This document shows, in pieces, positions 43,701-55,700 of a stretch of 64,000 nucleotides of DNA (position 1 is its first letter; each line of letters opens with the position of its first letter). The notes beneath the pieces were generated by a model, which made no database searches, was not told the DNA's origin, and saw nothing but the letters and a program-made list of their open reading frames with translations. Where the stretch lies: assembly GCA_044892525.1 (NCBI GenBank), contig CM097885.1, positions 114,886,001-114,950,000 on the forward strand. Reading direction: 5' to 3'. Source of the DNA: Schmidtea polychroa (taxonomy: Eukaryota). Position numbers and translations under genes: made by a program.

Positions 43701-46700
43701 AAACAATAAAATGGAGTGGTCAAAATGTATTGGAATGAGCACGGACGGTGCTCGAGCTATGAGTGGAACAATTCAGGGTCTTATGAATTTTGTTAAAACT
43801 GTAGCGCCCAATGTAGTTTGGACACATTGTTGCATACATCGCGAAGCACTTGCCCCAAAGAAAATGCCAGATATTTTAAAAACTACTATAAATGAAATTG
43901 TATCTGTGGTATATTTTATTAAAGCGCGTCTATTAAATTCTCGTCTTTTTCAAGTTTTATGCGAAGAAATGAGGAGTCAGCATAAACATCTTCTTCTTCA
44001 TGCAGAAGTACGTTGGTTGTCTCGTGATGATGAAGTACGATTATTTTTGATGGAGAATGATAATTTCCATTTAAAAAGATCGTTTTTTTGATGGTGGGTT
44101 ATTTGGCTGATATTCATTCTTACCTAAATGATATTCATTCTGATATTCATTCTTACCTAAATGAATTAAATTTAAGTTTACAAGGTTTTACAAAGTTTTA
44201 CAAGGTACTTACAATCCAATAATGAAAAAACTGGATTTGTGGATAAGCAGATTAACAAAAGGAATCATTGAATCCTTTCCAACACTTCATGAATTTGAAG
44301 AAAGTTCTGATAACAAACTGTCTGACGAAGAAATTCAGATTTTAATTGAACATATAAAAATGTTAAAAGAATCTTTTCGAAATTATTTTACTTCTAACAC
44401 ATCAGACCATGAATGGGTTCGAGATCCATTTTGTTGCAAAAATATCGAATTACAAAATTTGACAATTTCAGAGCAAGATGAACTTGCAGATTTATCATGC
44501 GACAGCTCCTACAGGTTGGTTTTTAATGAGCATACTGTTGAAGAGTTTTGGTTGAAAGTTAAAAATGTATATCCAACATTAGCTGAAAATGTACAATTGT
44601 ACAACGTATTTTTGTGAAAGAGCTTTCTCGATGCTATTATACATGAAGAATAAATATCGAAATCGGTTGGATGTTGAACCAGAATAAACATATCAAATAT
44701 AGATCCTAATATTGCAATTCTAGTGTTACAAAAGCAACACCATCCTTCACATGGTAAAAATTAAATATACATAATTTTATGTTATATAAATACTTTATTT
44801 TATTTGTTATTTATATATTGTGCTGTATCTCAGTGAATTATAAAAAAATACAGTAAATAAATTTTAATTTTTCTTATAAACACTGTCTTAATTGGTTCAT
44901 TGGGGTCCGCCAAGAAATTTTTTCTCTCAAAGGGGTCCCGATGTTCAATAAGTTTAAGAACCGCTGGTCTATGAAATAACTTGTATGTTTCTCATAATAT
45001 AATTTATGGATTTTTTTCTATTGTAGATGATTTTTATATTTTACAATTCGATGTAGAATGTGAAAATCATTTCCTTAAAAAAAACTATAAATTTAAATAA
45101 TAAATTTTCAATAACCTTTTTCAATTTAACTTTTTGTAAAATTTCACCGATTCTGGGAATTTCTTTGACGACTTCAATAAAATTTTTGCCCAGGGATGTT
45201 ACAATATTCGTTAATTCAGGCAAAGTTGGAATAAATACAAGATCTCTCATTTGAAGATTAAGCGATACTTTAAAAAGAGGACTTGGCTCATTTCGACCAT
45301 CACCATTGATTGCTTTATTTAATTCGTTTAATGAATATTTAACATTAAGTCTAAATGCTTCTTCACAGAATTTGTCAACTTTATTCATATATAAATTCCA
45401 ATATTGTTGAATATCTGAACTATCCTTGGAAAATATTTCGTATGTTTCCCGCATTTGATTAATGATTTCACCATGGAGACCAATTAATTTCTCCTTCACT
45501 ACTGCTCGATGAGCCTCCTATAATAATCGTCAAAAAATAAATGAAATTAAATTATTAAATTTCAACTTGTGAATCATTGAATTCCGTGTTTTCATAAATA
45601 CGGTTTGAATCTATTTTTATCATCAACGTGGAAGAAATTAATTCACAGTATTTTCTTATATCATCATTTGCTGTTTTGTATTCATCGACTTTTTTTTGTA
45701 ACTTCAAATAATAATTAATAATAATAAATAAAAATAATTTTTGAAGTATTTTAAATTTGTTTAAATTATTAGTTTTTTTAAGATATCAATTGAAAAATCA
45801 GAAAGCGAGAAGATGCGATTAGATAGAAAGAGAAAGAAAGAGGACATATTTTAGATGGAAAAGTTTCATTTAATAAGTGCTTACATATTTCTTAATTTTA
45901 ATTATATTAAAACACTTACTCTTGCTGCATTTATTCGACAATCATTAACAAAATACTCAATTGCTCCTTTCGAGGACCATAAAATTTTTGTAAGTCCTGG
46001 TTGAATTTTTTTATCAAGAGTTTTAATTTGCTCTTTAAATAATGATCGTTCTTCAGCATTTAAAGTTTGCAAAATTCTATTGTAATCTCGAACAACTAAC
46101 AAAACACTTTCTCTTGATATTCTTAATTCGGTACGACGAATATAAATATCAGCAGCATAATGTGGTATATCGAATTGTAACCTTTCCCAATAATGCAGTT
46201 CTTGGAAAAGTTTTAACAATGCTCTTGAAAAATTAATATCAAGCATTCCTTGACTTATTGTGCTTCGAGACAAGAGAGTGACATCTAATGACTTTAGTGG
46301 ATCCTAAAATTTTGTAAATAAACAAAGATTATTCATTTTAAAAATACTCTATCTAATCCACTCATAAATTCAATATGTGTCTTCCGAACTACTTCTTCTA
46401 AAGCTACTGATAATTGTGTGTATTGTTGTCGAAAATCAGCATTTGAGGAAGAAATTGGTAAAAAAAAAGCTTGATCTAAATTCTTAATTTTTATTTATAA
46501 CTACATTAAATCAAATTAAAAGTTACTAGCATTTGACGTTCAATTCGCTTACGCAAAGTTCTAGCCCAAATGGCAATACCTGCATATTTTGGAATTGAAG
46601 GATGAGGAAGGCCAATACTTGTGGAAAGGGCCAGTTCTTTTTTAACAAGATTAAATTCTTGCATTAATTTATTGCAAACGACTTGAGTCATTTTATCAGT

Positions 46701-49700
46701 TGTTCTTCGGATTGTCTTAAAAGCAAAATTAATATTTAATATTTGTAATATTCTATTGAACAGTATTTTATCAGGTCTGTTGAAACGAAGATAAGACTGA
46801 ACAATATATTTTTTATCATATATTGAGTCAAATTCAAGAGATTTCTAAAAAGATTTATGTAATATACGATAAGTATTGATCACATTTAATGAAACCATTA
46901 GCAAAGCATAACAGACATAAAATATTTTTCTAGCAATTCTTCAAGTTATTCAAACATATTTTACTTAGTTATGTTTAAATATGTTATTAACAATTTTGGT
47001 TTAGTCATTGTTAAATAATACAAAATCTGGTAAACGAAACCCGTCAATTTGACGGATTTAATTTTTTAATTTGAAAAACCTTAAAAAAAACAAAAAATTC
47101 TCAATTAACACATGTTGGTTGTTATTGATCCAATGATATGCAAATGTATCACTATCCTTTTTTGTTGCCGGCCTTTTAATTTTGCGAAATGTGTTGTATA
47201 TCCCTATTTCTACGGAAACCCGTCAAATTGATGGATTATGAAAGGCCTAAATGACAAAAATTACCTAAATTACAATAACATGCACATACTCATCAAAACA
47301 TTTACGATAATTATTAATTAGGGAATTAAATTATTAGATTACTTATAGTCAAATTGTAAGTCATTAAGTTTGAAGTATAACTTTCAAAAATATTCTAAAG
47401 CACTTTTTATTTTCAAAATACTTTAAACCTCCAAATCAAAATCACATATAAACTGTAATGAATTTGAAAATCAAAAAGTTTACATTTGTTATTAATAAAT
47501 TGGTATGTTGTAATTTATTATGCTTATAATTATTATTTATTAATAATTATGTTATTTTACATTTGAAAAAGTTCATATTATACATTTCTTTTCAATACTA
47601 TCGTATTTTCATTCTATCAATTTTTGAAATATTTTGAAATACCTCTCTATTTTGAAGATGTGCGAAGACATCAAGTATCTCAATTCCTTGTTGAATAGTT
47701 GTTACAGTTTCAAATGCTGTTGTTATCGCATTCTGAGTCATAACTTCTAAATCCTTGACACCGCTTCTAAATCGATTGTAATCATCGTGCCATGACGTGG
47801 CTTTCACGTCGAGAATTGTTGATTTTCGATCTCGTAAAGCACGAATATTGTTTTCAAAAACAGTCTCAATTTGCAAAATTATCATTTCTACTTCGGCTCC
47901 ACGAGCTCCTTGGAAAATTGGCATTTCTTTTTTATTTCCATCTTCAAATCTCGCAAAATGAGCTTGACATTCACAAATCTATCGTAAATAAATGTGAATT
48001 TATTAACATTGAAGTTAACAACTTACTTCAATCAAATCTTTACATCGTTGAATGAAAGCATCGATTTGAGCAAATATGTTAGTTTTATCAAGATTCCACG
48101 GTTTGTTTGAAAATGTTTTATGAACGTGACAAATCTATTAAAACTACAATTAACAAAGTATTTCATTAATTAATTAACTGTTGAGCCAACAGTGTTGACG
48201 GTATAAGATAATAAATTTGATAGATCTTAATAATTAGTAAATTTGTACGATCATGGGAATCAACTAAAAGAAATGAAAAAAATTCCAGAAAAAATTCCCA
48301 ATGTGATATGCGATAGAAATTTAAAATTTATATTGATGTTAATAAAATGGTTTTAAAATATCAATTAGGAATTATATAACAAAAGCTTTTAATGACAAGT
48401 TGTGTAACTGCTTAAATCTGAGGAGAGGAAAATTTTAATCATTAGGAGATACCATTAAAGCTGTCAAAATGTTTAATACTAATTTTATACTGTTTCGAAT
48501 AGCTAAATGCGAATCCAAGTTAAAAGAAGAAGGTTTTATGCATAACTTTAACTACGTTTAAATGGCGATAGTCTTCTGGCGACTGCATAAAAAAGGCGAT
48601 CCTCAAAGAAACGATTAATTAATGTTAATAATTATGTTAATCAGTATGTTTTTTTTACTATCACTTAAACACACATAAGTAATAAAAATAATAAAAGTGA
48701 TTATATTATATAAGTGATTATAGATTACGATGCCTCTAGAATTTGTCGAGATTTATTATTAGTATACTTTTTCCGAAACGATGAATAAACACCAAACACA
48801 CACGACTAATGAAAATAAATTTTATAAGCAATTTATTAATAGATATTTCTCAAAAGCATTAAAAGTCGAGATTTATTATTAGTGGATAAGTTCACTTTCC
48901 GCTTTGAAAGAAAAGAAGCATTAGAAATGTACGAAATATGCAAAGTTCAAGTGTCGCACTCGATTTTATCAAGATATTGTAAAAATAATCATGTTCAAGA
49001 TGTTGCAAAAGTTTAAATTAGAAAGACAATGGATAAAATGAAAACATCTACACATCAGATCGTCGCAGCAGCTTTATGAGATATCGGTTAATCCATCTCT
49101 GATCAACTTCCACTAATACAAAATATCAAACAAACTATAGGAAGAATTCACTGCCAGACCTAAAGACCATTAGCAAGTCCATTGAATTTGAAGGTTCTCG
49201 ATATACCAAGCAACTACAAAAAGACATTAAGAAGTGAAGATTCCATGATGAATGATAGTGTTCCAAGTGTTCAAAGATTCTCTTTCCGACAATCTTTCCG
49301 ACATATCTTTACGACAACATAGAATTTAGCTTTGATGTCGAAATGTCCACACTGGTATGCTCAACTCTGTTCAACCAAGTCTATACAATAAATGCTGTGA
49401 AGTACAGAAACGTCATCCCAACAGTTTTTGTTTTGATGTCAGAACAAACTCAATCTCAACTTGAAATCGCTGACCGCGATGACCAACTTTGAACACACTA
49501 CTCTACTGGCATTCAAGACAGTGTATCCAAATACAGAACAACATAAATGCTTGTTCCAAATGGGTGTCTCTGGAGACGAATTCAACAAATCAACTAACTT
49601 TAAGAACGATACAAATCTGACCCATAATTCACTTTGTGTGAATCACAGCTGATTTCTCTGGCATTCGTACCAGCAATTGATGTCGTAGCGTCGTAAACTG

Positions 49701-52700
49701 ATCAATTACTTCGAAGATAATTGAATTGGGAGACCAGCCAGTAGAGGTGAACGGAATAAACCTTTAGTCGAGCATGCACTTTGAAATGTTATGTAAACGT
49801 TATCAACGATCTACCACGTACCAATAATGTGATGGAAGGATAATGTGGTGGAAATAATGTGGTGGAATGTGAGCCAATCATTCAATGATATGTAAATTCA
49901 TCGATACTTTAGAGGTAGAGCAAAACATGAATGAAAAAAAAGATTAAATAGTGCATTGTCCGTCAATAATCAAATGCAGCAATGTGGAAAAACAAGGACT
50001 CTGTAGGAACGATAAAACTCATCGTGGCAGATTAATTGTTGTTATTAATCGCTTTTTTGAGGATCACTTTTGTTGCAGTTGCCATAAACACAATCACGAC
50101 GTATTAGTGTAAGTCATTTAACGAAAAATAAAAAATGTTTGATGAATATCCAACAAAGTATATTTTCAATTCTAATGAGACGGGTTTATTTTAAATATAC
50201 ATAAAAGTGAACTTATTCTTTGAATCAAAAGAAACAATTAGGGGAAATTTTTCAAAAGAAAGAGTACTTTGTTTCTGTAAGATTTTAAATTGAAAAAATT
50301 CTTTTATTCATAATGTTAAGAAATGGGAGCTATAAGGAATAAAAATTGATCATGAAAATAATGAAAAATTGTGAACGACAATGAATATTATTTCGAAGAT
50401 TGTGAATAAAAGGATATTGAAAAATAAGAAAATATAAGAAAAAATAAGAAATATACGTGATGCGTTCTATAAGAAATCGATCAAACTGTGAAAAAATAAT
50501 ATTTAATAATCAAATTGTAAAATTCTTTAATTTATGTATGTTTTAATTTTTGTTTTTTTAATTTTTTGCGAAGTTACAATATTTCAGCGTCTTTTTGATA
50601 TTTCGCTACAATCATGATTTCTAAAGTGGAATATTACAGAATAAAACGTGCATTGAAATCTGTGAACTTGCAGGCTACATTAAAGATGCCTCGTCGGTGA
50701 CTACTTTTAAATATTGGATAAGATATTTCAAAAGAGGGCACGTTTCAGTTTTTAATGTAATAGAAGGTCGGCCAACAGAAATTTGCAGTCTGTTGATGAA
50801 AAAATTACGGAAATAAATCTAATAAGAGCGTCGAATTACGACGAGAATGCTCTCAACGCATCTGAATGTCAGTGTTGGCACTTCCCGTACAAGATTGAAG
50901 CCCCTGGGTCTCAGAAAACTCTGTTACATGTTTGTCTCTTACTTCTTAACTATCGAAATGATGGAGAGACTATTGGAGAGCTACAAGATGAATCTACACC
51001 CGTGGGAGCAATACGGCGAGTATTTCCGTGCAATAAGAATAGGCTCAAACTTGGACGGGCGATGATACTTCACTTTTAAGGTCAAAAGGGCATAATTTAC
51101 GAAGGAAAACGTTTGTAATCAAATAGGATGTTAAGGGTGATGTACAGAATTTCTTTGCCGAGAGCTTCCAAGATCTCTTTAAAAAAAACCTTTTCTGAAT
51201 TGGTTTCATACTGGCAGAATTGTTAGGTTTCTGAAATAGCAATTATGTTGAAAAATAATACCTATAGATGTATGTTAATAAAACACTGTTTTCTGTCTCA
51301 TATAGTCATTTATTGTATAGTCATTTATTGTATTTGCTACTAAATTAAACTCCACAATGCTGTTAATTATACTAAAAGCTAGGACCTAAGTATAAACCGA
51401 AACCATATTACTTCATTTACTTACAAAATCGCATGAAGTCGAAAGTTAATTGTTGCCGTATTCATTCNNNNNNNNNNNNNNNNNNNNNNNNNNNNNNNNN
51501 NNNNNNNNNNNNNNNNNNNNNNNNNNNNNNNNNNNNNNNNNNNNNNNNNNNNNNNNNNNNNNNNNNNNNNNNNNNNNNNNNNNNNNNNNNNNNNNNNNNN
51601 NNNNNNNNNNNNNNNNNNNNNNNNNNNNNNNNNNNNNNNNNNNNNNNNNNNNNNNNNNNNNNNNNNNNNNNNNNNNNNNNNNNNNNNNNNNNNNNNNNNN
51701 NNNTAAAGTGATTATTTCTCAGTAGCAGCATTAATTAAATGTTAAACAATTAAATGATAATTTAAGTCTTTAGCTGCAATTTTTCAACTATAAAATTAGT
51801 TCTTTTAAATTTCCTGGAATTTAGTTACTTCTATTTTCAAATGGTTTTAATCTTCTATTTTATTTCCCTTATCTTACTTCTTATTGGTTAAAATTGATTC
51901 TTTGATGTTCTTTGGTGCAAGGCGAGCGTACTTCCAATGTATATTTCTTTGCACGTGTTGCAGTAGACAACGATTTTTCGAAAGTATATTTTCTTCGGTG
52001 TCAGGCAATTTTCCATTGTGCAATTATTTTCTTTTCTTGTGTTGTGTGCCAGAACTTCCATCAATGTTCAAGATTCATGTGCTATACGAATTGGAAGGTC
52101 AGTGCGTTTAAGTTCTTTTAGGATTTTGAAATCGAGTATGTTGTTGATGAATGTAATATTCAGATAAAAATATTTCTTTTTTGTGTTGATATATTGTTTT
52201 TTAAATTGATATATTGTTTAAATATTCAGATTTTATATTAAATATATATTTGAAAATAGCTTGTTAGTTATAATGATTTTTATTAAAAATGTTACTGGCA
52301 ACCACGCCGAAATCGCAGTTCTGACGAGATCACAGCAAAGGCAGAAAATTGTGGAATCTTTGCCAAAGAATATTCAAGATTCAAATTATCCAGTGATAAA
52401 GAATTTTTTTGGAGGAAAAGAAGAAAATGCAAAGGACTGGCTTGTATCTATTGAAGAATTTGTGACGATAAATTCTCTCAATTTAGGAGCAGCATTCGAT
52501 TTGTTAATACATGAAGACACAAAAGAGTTATGGATGGCCTTTAAGGAAGCACAAAAGAATCCGGCCTCAGATCAAGAGATAAAATGTTGGTTTATTTTAA
52601 AATATGTAAAATTCAAAAGTTTTTTGCAAAATATCGAAGACATGAGTCTGATAAAGCAGAGATCGGACGAAAGGTTTGAAAATTTTGTAATCAGAGTGAG

Positions 52701-55700
52701 GAAATTAGTGCGCGAAGTTCTTTCCGCAAATCAAACCGACGACATGATTGTCAAGGATATTGTAACAAGACGTATGTATTCAGAAATAGTTAAAGATGCA
52801 ATTGCAATGAACTCAGAAGTATCTCTTACAGAAATAGAGAAATTGAATGTAAATTTTGAAAATATTTTACATACAAAAGACACCAGAGAGGTGTTTGTAT
52901 TGGAAGATGATAGGAAAAAATCGTCGAATGCATCGATAACAAGGAATAAAATTCCAATAAGGCAGAATGTTCAACCATTGATTAGACCATCAATTCCTGA
53001 GACTAACATAGAAGCTACGAAAATTATGACAATAGACGACATGGTACTGAAAGAAGACGAAGCTCAGAAAGTTTATTAATTAATGAGAAACCCAATAGGT
53101 CTACGGTTTCTTTGAAACATATTGCAAGACGAGTTTACAACAAAGCGAAAGGATTACAGGAACCAGAATTGTGACCTTTACAACCAAGTCAATGTTACTG
53201 TTGTGATGAATCAGGTCATATTCGGAACAATTATACTTTAAACAAGTGCTGTTTAATATGCGATAAAAATGATCATTTTTTAACTAACTGCCCTCTATTA
53301 AGGAGTAATAATACAAGAATTCACTGTATTCAAGAAGAAAATAATTTAGGAAATCTGACATATTCGTATGAAGACCTTGAGAATGATGTCAATTCAGATT
53401 CTGAAGTAAATGAAATAGGATCGATTACAGGAGGTAATAGGAAAAATTACAAAGACCGTCCTTTAAACGAGATACGCTCCAAGGCAAACATTTCGTCTGT
53501 GAAGTCGTTGAATTAAATGTGCAGAACACAGAAAACCTAAATGTTATGATGTTCAAGAAGACGGATGGAAGGTGTTGGAGTTTTGTTCAGTGTTGTGGAA
53601 TAGTGATTGAGATATTGTGGGATACAGATGCGTCGGTTACTGTAATGTCGGAGGGCCATATGTAGAAAGTGTGGCAGTCCAGTTTTAAAACCGGTAGATA
53701 TGGCGCTTAGAGGGGCGTTTGGAAAAAAGCCGATATCATGCTTAGGTGACTCTACAACTTCGATTGTTTCACTTGTGTCAGCAAGTGAATGTAATTGTGG
53801 TTAGGGATATAAGTCCAAGTTTTGTGGGTGAAATGAATTTGACTTTAACTTTTAAAATAAAACTTGTGCCAGATACATCAATTGCATTAATAGATTCAGA
53901 TACGGTTGGTGTTAGCTACAGTGATAGAGAACGATGTAAAAAAGCGCTGGATGTTTTTGGACCAAATTCAGACCCAAAACTGGTGGAGTTAGTAACCATG
54001 TATAGTACGATCTTCATGGCATCAAATTTTGATCTAGGTTGTACTAGTTTGGTTACACATACTATAAAAACGTCTGGAAATCCAATTATTCAAAATCATA
54101 ATAATAGGCCCGTGGCAATGCAGATGGAATCAAAAGTGGATGATATGATTATGAAATTATTAAAAATGGGCATTATCAGAAAATGCCAAAGCCCATGGAA
54201 CTCACCTACTGTCGGATCAATCACGGATCAATCAGGATGTGTCAAGATTTTAGGAAGGTTAATGAAGTTACTGAAAAATTCAGTTTTCCAATGGCAGATC
54301 CTCAAACAATATTTGATTCTTTGTCCGGATCTTCAATCTATTCGCCCCTAGACTTGGGACAGGCATATTATCAGGTACATGTGGATGAAGCGTCTCAGTT
54401 AAAAATAGCGTTTTCTACAAAGAAAGGACAGTTTTGCTACAATCGAATGCCATTTGGATTATCTACAGCTCGAGCAACTTTCCAAAGACTTATGCACGTA
54501 TAACGGTGTTGCCGCATATTTAGATGATGTTCTGATGTATGGAAAAACTATCGAAGACCACAATAGAAATTTGGAGGAAGTTTTCAAGCGAATTAAATCA
54601 GCAGGATTAAAGATCAATCCTAAGAAGTGTAGTTTTTATAAGGGTGAATTGATATTCTTGGGCCAAAAAATTTCAGCAGAAGGAATATCCACGAATAACA
54701 ATATGATAAAGAGAATTATTGAGGTTGAAATACCGAAATGCAGCAAACAACTACGTTCATTTTTGGGATTAGCAAATTATTATCGCAAATTTGTCCCAAA
54801 TTTTGCTGAAATAGCCAAACCGTTGTATGATGCTACAAAGGACATGAAAAAGATATTAAATGGAATGACGAGTGTGGAGAAAGTTTCCGAATACTTAAAC
54901 AGGTTTTATCGAGTGCACCAATCTTGGCGTTTCCAAATAAGGTCGATTACTTTATTTTGGATACTGACACGTGTTTTAGTGGAATTGGTGCGAAAAGTCA
55001 TCGGCATTTTGAGGTGGGTCAGAGTTCTAGTAAAAATGGATCCACATAAGAGATCAAAACATGGTAATTTGTTCGAAGGTTCTGTAAAAATTCATGGTTT
55101 TCCAACCGAACACCAAGTTGAACTAGAATATCCAGATGGGAAAAGATGCAGAAGAATTGAATGGCTGAAAGAGTATCACAGTTCTAAAAGAAGGGGAGAG
55201 TGACGATATTTAAATTGATATATTGTTTAAATATTGAGATTTTATATTAAATATATATTTGAAAATAGCTTGTTAGTTTTAATGATTTTTAATGAAAATG
55301 TTACTATCTCCCTAGATCTTTTTTTGTTGAATTTATTCTTTCAATGTCCTTATTGTGGTAACCATTTCTGTGTCCAAATTTATTGAAGTTTAATTGTTGT
55401 TTATAGTTCCTATTTCTCGTTGTTTATGACATTTACTTTCTGTAAGTATGAAGGAACTGATCTTTGGTGCATAAATATTTGTTGGTAAGCTAGTTATTTG
55501 TAGAACCCGTATGTTGCAGTATCTACTTTTATTTTAATTTTTAAGTACTATAGATTGAGGAGTCCATCTTCTTCCGGATATTCTATTTCGATTTCAAATG
55601 AAAAACTGACCAACACCGAAGAAAATATACTTTCAAAAAAAAGTTGTCATATGCAAAAAAATATTGCACCAATGAGTTAAAGAACATCTAGATCCTGGTG

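Noticed and set aside
47035-47237. Two copies of a GAAACCCGTCAA(T/A)TTGA(C/T)GGATT palindromic motif
   Set aside because: Probably subterminal motifs of a decayed MITE; no TIR or TSD could be defined.
50783-51079. SWIM zinc-finger reading of CQCWHF in the ORF track
   Set aside because: The overlapping frame fits a mariner transposase much better.
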